NCBI GenBank assembly: GCA_024626585.2
Contig: JANKJI020000002.1
Coordinates: 25,281,084 to 25,298,274 of the forward strand
Direction: 5' to 3'
Origin: Ginkgo biloba
Lineage: Eukaryota; Plantae; Ginkgophyta
DNA length: 17,191 nucleotides
In this document: positions 1-9,164 of the stretch, in pieces
Numbering within the stretch: the stretch's first letter is position 1
How the letters are laid out: each line of letters starts with the position of its first letter
Position numbers and translations under genes: made by a program
Notes under the pieces: model-generated
The model's database searches: none
The model's input: the letters and a program-made list of their open reading frames with translations, nothing else
What the model was told of the DNA's origin: nothing

Positions 1-1220
1 TCTTGGTCAATCATTATTTCACCTAGAGTTCTATGTGAGGGAGTGTCACCTACAAGAAACCCTAGTTTTTGCCTCCATTCCAACATTTCATCCACTTTCC
101 CTTCCATTTGTTTCCTTGACTCACCTCATCAGTATTTTCCCTTCCATTGGCCATTCTTATGTCCATTTATCCTTATCATTCCCAATTTCATTCACATAAG
201 CATTGCTCCTAGTATTACCTCATGCCAAACGTGTTGTTGGGGATTCAGTATCATTTTGGCTACCCATGCTCTTAGAGGAGGAAGTGGTATTTTATGACTA
301 TAACTCTTCATGTAGCTTTTGTATGTTGAGTGGAGATGCTATACATTCTATTTTCTTTTGAGTGGAAGAATAGAAAAAATGGGGTTCACTCTACTCTCAA
401 CCTCATTTTGTGAACCAACAAATAAAAAAAGTATATCAATGAAGGTTGAAAAGGCCTTGTGCCTTGATTTCATCCCTTTTTTTTCCCTTCATTTCCCTTA
501 TACTTCTTTTGCTTGCTACTACATATATTCTCTTTTGTATCATAACTCTATTTGTGCACTTGTGGGGTATTCTCGTGTTCCCTTTGTATAGGTTTAATGC
601 GAGTTATACTTACCCACATGCAACTGTTCATTTCTTTTTTTTCCTAGTTTATATCACTGCACTGGAGTTAGTACCTTACTGGTGCATCTATACATGCTAG
701 TGTTGTACTTTCCTCTTCTTATTAGGCACCACATCATCATTCCATGATGTGTAGCATGAGGGACTGGTCCCAAAGATAGTGTTACTTATGACCTTCAATA
801 TCATGATTTCTATCCTCTGATGAATCTCCACTTACCAATTCTTCTTATTATCCCCCTAGTCAGATGCCCCCCATCTTATTCATTTATATCTCCTTTCTTC
901 ATCCCTGGCAAGTGAACTTCTCCCTTTTAACCCTCTTCACTCACTCATTTTTGTTGTGAAAATTACTTATAGTTGGTGTAGGTGTGCACTCTTTTGATCA
1001 TGGAACTTAGTTTCTAAGTTAAGAACGTATAATCCCAACTCAATAACTAGATGTTGCATGTAAAAAATCAACCCATCCCTGGTTACTTGGGTGGCAGTTG
1101 ACATGGCCTTCACTTAGGCTAGGAGCCCTTGCCTTGGGGTTTTATTGGTGACTGGATTTTCCACTTAGGTGTCCCCTAGGGGTATTTATTTCATGTTATA
1201 TTTTTTAGTTGTTTATGTCA
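1..1220 (-). mobile_element. Possible 5' part of a decayed LTR element (short LTR 1099-1220, PBS-like site, purine-rich gag-like relic running off the window start)
   Basis: TGACAT (1099)...ATGTCA (1220) inverted termini with AATAAA inside on the minus strand. Two nt downstream, TGCCACCCAA resembles the tRNA-Lys PBS TGGCGCCCAA. The minus strand 950-1 is purine-rich with stop-riddled E/K/R-rich frames. No diagnostic gag motif. Confidence 0.3.
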
Positions 1221-2059
1221 GAATTAGAAAGGCTGGAGCTTCACCACTTTTACTGTGTACATTTGAAGGTTCCAACAGCCACGTGAGATGATTATGACAG
1301 CTTTGTGAGAGATTGATGCATAACATTGTTTTCTAACATCTGAATCTATAAGTTTTACAGTTATCTCATAAATAGATCAGCATATGTTTTCTATCTGCAA
1401 TGCTGCTGCACAATTTCTCAATGCTTTCCATCCCTTCATCTCCGATATCTACCATACCTTGAAACTATGATCTCAACAATAACCCCACTTGTATTACTCA
1501 ATAATAATTATTCCCACAGCTAATTCCACAAGGCTAGCAATGAAAGATATGTATATGGAGGTGCATAAAAGAGCCAATGGACTTAGCCAAGAGCTGCAGT
1601 GGATCAAAGGGGTGATGCAGCAACTACTGCAAGACTGGGAAAACATTGTCATACTGCATATTTCAGATTCATGTTTAAATATATGTTTAGTTCATCTTCT
1701 CTGCTTTGTGTTGGTCTCTTCGACACAGTTTCATAAATCATAANNNNNNNNNNNNNNNNNNNNNNNNNNNNNNNNNNNNNNNNNNNNNNNNNNNNNNNNN
1801 NNNNNNNNNNNNNNNNNNNNNNNNNNNNNNNNNNNNNNNNNNNNNNNNNNNNNNNNNNNNNNNNNNNNNNNNNNNNNNNNNNNNNNNNNNNNNNNNNNNN
1901 NNNNNNNNNNNNNNNNNNNNNNNNNNNNNNNNNNNNNNNNNNNNNNNNNNNNNNNNNNNNNNNNNNNNNNNNNNNNNNNNNNNNNNNNNNNNNNNNNNNN
2001 NNNNNNNNNNNNNNNNNNNNNNNNNNNNNNNNNNNNNNNNNNNNNNNNNNNNNNNNCCA

Positions 2060-3408
2060 TATCCAAAATAATTAAGGAAGATCTTATATATAGTATACAC
2101 CAATAATTCTGTGTAACTATGTAGAGAACATTGCCTTGGACACTAAAAACAACCTTAAAATTTTCCTAACTAGAAACCAAGCTCGCTCTCTCTCTTTCTG
2201 AGATTAAATTCTTGAAAACACATCCACCACTTCATTGTGTATGTTAACAAAAAGAAGTGTGTCCCTTGTTACTTTTTAGCTGTTGTAACCCAAACAAAGC
2301 TCCTTTTTGGACATTCCAAACAATACTCCCAATCTCTTGACCTTTTGCTTTTTAGAACGAACTTCTTTTCTCCACCTGTATTCTTTTCTACAACAGTGAA
2401 CACTAACCCCCTTGGCTACATTTTTCCTATCAGTGGACAAAAACAAACCCCATATAGCATTTAAAGTCTCCGAAAAACAAATTCCTTGCCTGCATTTGTT
2501 CACTGCAGTAAAATATATTTTTTCCATTGAAACACTACATGGTGGTTCATTTAGTGTTTTCAAAGGAGTCTGCTCCAAACTTTTAAATGTTTCCACCATG
2601 TTTCCTTTCTTATATCTCTTTGCATTCTCCAAAACCACTGTCCATTTTGTTCCCTAAATAAACCCAATGTAAACCAATTCAATAACAGGAGAATTAGTGT
2701 CCCAAAGTGCACAAAGAAAAGCAGCCTAATAGTATGAATAGTTTAAATTTACCTCTTCTGAGGCATTTTGTGATCAACACACATAATATTTTGAATACTA
2801 AGATGTTAAATAAAACTATGCCCAGATCCTAAATGTAAATCAACATAAAAAGATACTAAAGATCAACTCATACAAATTAACAACCACAAAATGTTAAAAA
2901 CAGTCACAAGTAAGAATATGAGTAAGCATATAACCCGTCCTGCATTTGTGACAAAAGATTTTTATGTAATGCTCTTATAGAAGTTATTGATTCATGCTCC
3001 AATATAAACACTCATATAACAAAATGTCCTAAAGTAAGACATACAGTTAAGCCCAGCACTCACACACTTAGGTTGTCTAAATCTGGAATGCTGTTCAACC
3101 AATCTTTGTCGAAGACATGATCAATAGGACTTGAATCTGTAACATTAGAAACTTGGCAAATAGATGCCATTGTATCTGATCTCGTGTCAAGTTTCTTTCT
3201 GCATAAATTAGGTGAAATAACACATGGTAAGCTTGTAGTTCCTGATATGCATTTGTAGCTTCCACTCATGTCTCCTAGTTTTGTAACCATCTCCATTCTT
3301 CTCCCATAAAGAGTCTTTGGGGTCACTGTGGGGGAAACAGAACTGCAATTTGCTCTAGGGATGTTATTCTTCCCTACTCTATCTTGAGAGTTAGAATCTA
3401 TTATGTCC
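2060..3408 (-). pseudogene. Decayed multi-exon gene of unknown product
   Basis: Candidate exons 3408-3064 (open, S/T/P/D-rich), 2939-2935, 2828-2753 and 2653 to ~2060 (about 125 open codons, then scattered stops). They are separated by T-rich GT..AG intron-like segments of 124, 106 and 99 nt (donors GTGAGT, GTTATA, GTAAAT; acceptors TGCAG, TTTAG, TTTAG). No splice combination I tried gives a stop-free ORF. Confidence 0.4.
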
Positions 3409-4559
3409 CTAACCACCAATAATTAGAATATAAATAAAGGAGTTCCATCGAGATTCAAAGATACACCCAACAATAATATAAACATCAACCTTTCACTCAT
3501 AATCATCAATATCAAATATAATATATCTTTTCCNNNNNNNNNNNNNNNNNNNNNNNNNNNNNNNNNNNNNNNNNNNNNNNNNNNNNNNNNNNNNNNNNNN
3601 NNNNNNNNNNNNNNNNNNNNNNNNNNNNNNNNNCTGCAAAACCCACTTCTTTTGACTTCATAAACAATTTTGTAAAGGAAAATTCATCCCACAATCAAAG
3701 CAAGTGTGTACATTTAGAAAAGGAATATTCAAAGACACCAGCACCTTTGACATCCAATTACAAAAATAGTATCTAAAGATTAAAAAACATCCACTTATAG
3801 TGAACAACACAAGGCAAGCACCACCAACAAACGTTAAAAAACCTAAAACCATGAAAACGAGCAAGGATAATTCAACACAACATCCACAAACAACAACTAG
3901 ACAAGAATGCTAAATAACAATCCCACACCCCCAAACATTGGTAACAAATCTCGCCCAGGATGATTGCATTCTAGTTGAAATTGTCAAAACACAGTAGTAG
4001 CAGATTACTAGACAGCAACACTAGTTATAGATTAAAAGACAGCAATTGTCAGTCGCAACTTAGATATGACAATCATCAGCAATAAAGCCGTTCATTGCAA
4101 GCCAGCAATAGCTGGTTCCACTTGAATAACACATGGTCACAAAAGAACTCTAAGCAACATTTTATTTAGAGCTTAATATAAATGGTTTTGATCACTTCGC
4201 TAATGTAAATGAAGAGTCACTATGCCGTAAGCATGAGATGCATTGAAGGCTACCAAAACTTTCAGATTGTATCCAATGCCATATTATAAACCTGTAAGAT
4301 GCATCAGTCAAAATATATATTTGTATTCCTGAATTATGGTGATTATGAGAGNNNNNNNNNNNNNNNNNNNNNNNNNNNNNNNNNNNNNNNNNNNNNNNNN
4401 NNNNNNCATTTTGTATTTGTCATGAATGTGTGTTGAGAACTCTTACTAGCAATCTGATGACCTGATTGCACTATTTCTACATTTCTTTAAGCACTGTTAA
4501 CTGTAATCAGACTGTAAGCACAGCTAGAAGCAATTCTAAATATTATAAATTGTTATATG

Positions 4560-6000
4560 CGTGGAGAAACAGCCAAATGACAGTTGAAGGAATTCAAGGA
4601 GGACAACAAGGACAGGGGCCCAGGAGGAAACTTGCAAAAACAAACTTCCAACTGGAAGGTTGCAGTGCATGAACCTACTTGAAAGTTGAGCTTGCTTTTT
4701 CTACAGTTATCAAACACTAGTTTTCAGTAACCTTCTAAAGTTCGTTGTCAACTAAATTGGTTGCATGCTTTTTTGCATAAGGCAGAGTTGTAACCGTTCT
4801 CCTATTTATTCTGAAGCAGTGCATAGTCTTTTCAGCTTGGCTCGCAATGTTGAAAAGGAGGACCATTCCTTGGCCATTATTTCTTTTCATGGTGAGCATT
4901 CCCAAAGCGAATATGTATTAGTATGATCCTAGGATTCCTAAAGTATTATCCAGTTATGCGGGAATGGTGGTCAATTTGGCCAGACAACCACCCTCTCCGT
5001 TCAGCACTGCTACAAGCTAGCATGAACCAATGCATTATAGTGCCTATCTTGTCCAAATATGTTGCTCTCTTGGAGGAAACTCTGGATGCAGACTACCACA
5101 GCAGAAGGCCTTTGTATTGCAAAGGGGACAAATCACAATGGAACCTACTAACTTGCATCGGTTGCCCTTTCCATGGGGAGGCGATCCAGTTCTTAAGCCT
5201 GCCCAACTGTTGATTAAGCAAGCAAAACATGCTATTATTCCTGAAGTCTGTTCAAGGATAATAGCTTCAAGTTTGGTGATTGACTGCTGAAATTGGAAAC
5301 AATAAAATCAGATGAGCATCAATTGGTGGTTTCTCTTATATGTTGTCATCTTGCAGGGAAACAATAATGTAATGACTTCCCAATTTATTTGGTGCCATAT
5401 TTGAAACACAATATGATGGGCAGGCAATATGATCAGACTTCATATTTATCCTAACAAATGAAAGGAAATTTGGACAAGGTGACTACAGGACATCACATTG
5501 GGTTCAACCTTTTCCTTTATTTACTTGAATTCTGCTATTATGCTTTTCGACGGAAAGAGAACGTATCATTGTTAGGATCACATCTTTATGGCATTGTCAC
5601 AATCTACAGGCACCCAAAGTCCAGCCACTACATGAAAGGATCCAATAGATGTAGAACATCTGGACAATCCTGCATTGGCAACCCAAAATAAAAGAAGGTT
5701 CTTCATGATTTCGAACAATGAAGGTGTACAAGAGGTTGACGAAATTGAGAAGGATTCTGATGAAGTCAGATCTGTCCAAGAGAATATCAAAACAACTTTC
5801 TGAATAAGCAGGCCCCAACAACGACACAAGTTTTGGATGTGGTGCCTGAAATTTCTTTGCCTGTATGCGAACCAATAGTCAATCTAGAAGATTTGGCAAA
5901 CTTATCTGGGTCCCTTGAACTTACACCTATTGAGTTATGGGGACACAATTACTTCTTTGGAGCAAGTATCAGAATCCTGAAGTAACTTGTATACTTTATT
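4560..6000 (+). pseudogene. Unidentified decayed long reading frame
   Basis: Consecutive protein-like segments joined by apparent frameshifts and stops: 'SPIYSEAVHSLFSLARNVEKEDHSLAIISFHG', 'GFLKYYPVMREWWSIWPDNHPLRSALLQASMNQCIIVPILSKYVALLEETLD..CIGCPFHGEAIQFLSL', 'FNLFLYLLEFCYYAFRRK', acidic 'EGVQEVDEIEKDSDEVRSVQE'. No family recognised, and the strand is inferred. Confidence 0.35.
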
Positions 6001-6099
6001 GAGAGAACTATCCAGGGAGGAGGGGGACATGCAACCCCAATCCTATTCTTCACCTCTAGTAGGTGGAACCACAATGACCACAACCAATAGAAAAGGAAA

Positions 6100-6736
6100 T
6101 GCAACTGAGGAGGTGACAGGGGGCTCCCACAGAAAAGGAGGATGCACTATTACAAATTATGGCCAACTACAACGAAGTTTTTGGTAAAGCTCAAGTCTTA
6201 ATTCAAGATCAATGACGTCTAAAAACATGAGTATACTTTCTACAAAAGGAAGTGGGACAGATTTATAGAACCCCACAAGATTCAACAACCCTTCAAAAGG
6301 GATAAGAGGTTTCAATGAAGAAAGGTCTTGAGAAGGGGGTGGTGCACAAGATTCAAGCCCTTAATGCAAAAACTCAATCGGTACATGACATGTTAGAATG
6401 GATGGTGGGCAATATTGTTGACCTCTATTTTAAAACATAAGATCATAAGGAACGATGGGCAAGATGGAAGCAGAGATGCAATGACTCAAGGCTCAATGAT
6501 AACAACAGCAAGGGTAGGCAAAGGCATAAATGATTGCTGTGCAAGCATAGAGGATAGTTTAAAAACACTGGTGGGAGGAGAAACTCAAGACAAAATAGGC
6601 AGAGCATGTGTGGATCTTACAATTGTTGGCAATGATTCGAAAAGACCATAGGGCACTTGAGGAACAACTAGAGGAAAAAATGTCTAAACCATCTAAAAGT
6701 ATCCCCTTCACCAATCTTCTAAGGGAGTCCTATACC
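6100..6736 (+). pseudogene. Decayed coiled-coil-like ORF, probably TE-derived, ending at the LTR boundary
   Basis: Purine-rich, E/K/Q/L-rich translation: 'EKEDALLQIMANYNEVFGKAQVLIQDQ*RLKT*VYFLQKEV' and 'MGKMEAEMQ*LKAQ**QQQG*AKA*..LLAMIRKDHRALEEQLEEKM'. The stops are consistent with C>T change of CAA/CAG/CGA codons. Confidence 0.4.
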
Positions 6737-7129
6737 TGATAAAAATTAGAGTGCACAACATGACTCTTAGAGTTTTGGCATAAGCCTACGCTCAGATATG
6801 ACATTCAAACAATCACAACATAGAGATGAAAGATTCAACAATAAAAATTTGATATATTCTCACATAATTCATCTAAATTCAATACAACCTGCAATCAATT
6901 GAATAGTGTAAGGACTCCAATTTTTAACTTTCAGGGAATCTAATTTTGTAGCTGACTCACTACAAACTAGACATGTATGGACACCGATTACACCTTGCAT
7001 TTTGACTCCAACCTATTACATTATTCTAAATTTCCCTTTGATTATGTTACCACTTAACTTTAACTTAACCATATGACTCATTTGACTACTAACAATTAAT
7101 GTGACCAATAACAACTTTATATTCTAACA
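6737..7129 (-). repeat. Probable 3' LTR (~390 bp)
   Basis: Minus strand reads TTAAGGTGGGA|TGTTAGAAT..., the typical PPT-LTR junction of Copia-type elements. The left end is inferred from the imperfect inverted terminus TGATAAAAAT at 6737 (versus TGTTAGAATA) and an abrupt change from coding-like to AT-rich sequence. The left boundary is less certain. Confidence 0.6.
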
Positions 7130-7140
7130 TCCCACCTTAA
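7130..7140 (-). promoter_or_regulatory. Polypurine tract
   Basis: Plus strand TCCCACCTTAA reads TTAAGGTGGGA on the minus strand, abutting the LTR start TGTTAG. Confidence 0.6.
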
Positions 7141-8480
7141 TGTTGATTACGGGTCACCATGTAGTATTGACATCGAGAAATTGCAAATAAGGATTGTCAA
7201 TCTTGGATTTCGTAGATTTCTTTTGAAGCAACACAACCCCCTCAACATGGGTCCTGCCTGCCACTATAGGTCTTACAGCCAAGAAGGTACCCATTCACAT
7301 GATAAATTTAGTTTGCAAAAAACACAATCTCATGGGTCTTCAATTTCACCTTGTGGCTACCATAGCTATCACAATTTGCATCCTACATGTGGCTACAAAT
7401 TAGGCCACTATGTGATCATCCTTGCAGACTAGTTTTTGCAATAACACTGCCTATTGTGGACAACACAACTCCAAACATGAGCCAACAACATAACTAAAAC
7501 ACACTTTTTAAAATATTGTCTGCAACTCATCTTTACTAACAAACCATCAATCTACCACCTTTTTTTAGTGGTAACAACTTGGAATTTTGTCACCTCACCC
7601 ATTCATATTGTGCAATCCAACTGCTTGCACTACTGACAATAAATTTCTGCCTTCTTTGAGGAGTTACAAGGATGAAAAACTCATTTTTACACAATACTAA
7701 CCAAGGACATCAACACTCTGTTCAACTATGCTCAACCCTTAACTAATACATACAAGATCTAAGTTATTTCATGTATCTAGGGGACCTTACATTACAAAGA
7801 CTTGTCACATTATACCATCTCTGGTCATAAAATATCTCACTACAATATAATTCAATTTTTCATCAAGGGAAACATAAGTCAAGGCCTTCAATCTTCACAA
7901 GGAGTCTTCAATGGTACCAAAGTATGCATCTCAATATGCACACCATAGTCTTCTACAATGGCTTGCATTACATCAATGTTTTTCACATGGTGCATCCATT
8001 CACCATAGATAAAACGATTTAATTAAAAGCTTGTGCATGTATATCCATCTTTTTTGTTTGCTCCTCTTCAACAAACATGACTAAAAAAAACCTTCTTCTT
8101 CACTTCTACAAACTCTCAAATTTGCAATCACAAATTGTTAGAAATCAAACAAGATTATTGTTTCACTATGAGATCTCACTTATCCCATTAACTTCACCTA
8201 GGGGATCTCTCTTGCCCCTTTAACCTTGAACTCTTCAATCATCCAGTCTTTGAGCTCTCCAATGGCTCCATCTACTTCTTGTAGCTATAGCAAAATCCCC
8301 ACCAAGAACCTCACTATGTCAGTTGTTTAAATCAACTTCAAATCAACCTAAAAAAACATGCACAACTCAACTTAAAAAACATACAACCATGCCTCTAACA
8401 AGCCATGCTATCTTCCACACAAGATAGCCATTTCAAGGATTATCATCTTCATCCAATTGTCCTTATAACAGCCTCCATGC
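7141..8480 (-). mobile_element. Decayed internal region of a probably non-autonomous LTR element; 5' LTR and PBS not found
   Basis: Lies upstream of the PPT and LTR. A Copia gag-N-terminus-like 'NGYLVWK' occurs at 8412-8432 (cf. NGxNYxxWK). No RT, RNase H or integrase motifs recognised. Confidence 0.4.
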
Positions 8481-8640
8481 CTACAAATTTTTAGCTTAAT
8501 TAATTACGTTTGATCAGTTTTCTAGTGCTAAACATCTACTCACTTAACTCCTCGATAGAATCTATTAACCCTCTTTACTCTTAACCCTCGGTCATCCATG
8601 TGATATTCCTAAGTCAAATTTCAAAAACCTTTAAAAAAAT

Positions 8641-8710
8641 GATGCCATGCTTTTTGAACTCTTGACCTTTTGCTTATGAGTAGACCGCCTTATCGCTACA
8701 CCATTGTTGT
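8641..8710 (-). pseudogene. tRNA-Met(CAT)-derived relic (tRNA pseudogene or SINE/TE head)
   Basis: Minus strand: ACAACAATGGTGTAGCGATAAGGCGGTCTACTCATAAGCAAAAGGTCAAGAGTTCAAAAAGCATGGCATC. It has an A-box-like TGGTGTAGCGA, an anticodon loop CTCATAA and a variable/B-box-like AGGTCAAGAGTTCAAA at tRNA spacing. The acceptor and T stems do not pair, so it is not a functional tRNA. Confidence 0.6.
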
Positions 8711-8901
8711 TACTTGTGAAGAAATGTGTACAAAAAATATATATATCTCGAAACATAAGACTTCTTCAAAAAAAAAATTTAATAAAGGGTTGGATCTCAA
8801 AAGGAATTCAAAAACATTTAAATTTTTCTTTTAGGGTTTATTTTGAAATTATTTTTGTTTGTGAGGTTGTTCACTTGCTGTCGCCTGCACATTCGACTTA
8901 C

Positions 8902-9164
8902 AGCCCGATTTCTTCTTTGGCTCTTTTCTTCCATCTCCAGTCGTCGTTCCTTCATTTTCAAAGCCTTTGCATGAAGAGGGTGTTGCTTCAAAATCACATC
9001 ACATATTGCCAATGCATTGTTGAAATCATTTTTTACCGAACAAGCAAATACCCACTAGAGAAGTTCGTTGATGGCCAACTCGTCTTCATCTTCTCCTTAT
9101 CGTTGTCTTCGTCTTCCAAAGGACTCTTTCTCTCTACAACTCTGTCCAAAATGAGATCCAAAGG
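8902..9164 (-). pseudogene. Pseudo-exon encoding a TPR-like helical repeat
   Basis: Bounded by a branch/acceptor TTCTAACTTATTGCAG| (AG 9166-9165) and a donor |GTAAGT (8901-8896). Translation '..EDEDELAINELL*WVFACSVKNDFNNALAICDVILKQHPLHAKALKMKERRLEMEEK..' fits the TPR pattern (F..AL...D..L...P....A). Contains in-frame stop(s). Confidence 0.55.

Noticed and set aside
43-700. Hydrophobic plus-strand ORFs resembling membrane proteins
   Set aside because: F/L/S/P bias is the expected antisense reading of a purine-rich minus strand.
1706-2103. ORF-track entries made mostly of X (also 3512-3694, 10526-10909, 12263-12568)
   Set aside because: Artefacts of translating through N gaps.
3634-3770. Minus-strand 'DVKGAGVFEYSFSKCTHLL*LWDEF' faintly recalling CxC/KDZ-transposase-associated motifs
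   Set aside because: Too short and degenerate, next to a gap, and no cysteine cluster or catalytic motifs found. It would need an HMM hit.
8500-8530. CTAGT as a Helitron 3' end
   Set aside because: No GC-rich hairpin 10-20 nt upstream, and CTAG is frequent by chance.
8690-8710. TGGTGTAGCG after ..CAACAA as the PBS of the 6737-8480 LTR element
   Set aside because: The sequence to its right does not resemble the LTR at 6737-7129, and the motif is better explained as the A-box of the tRNA-like relic.
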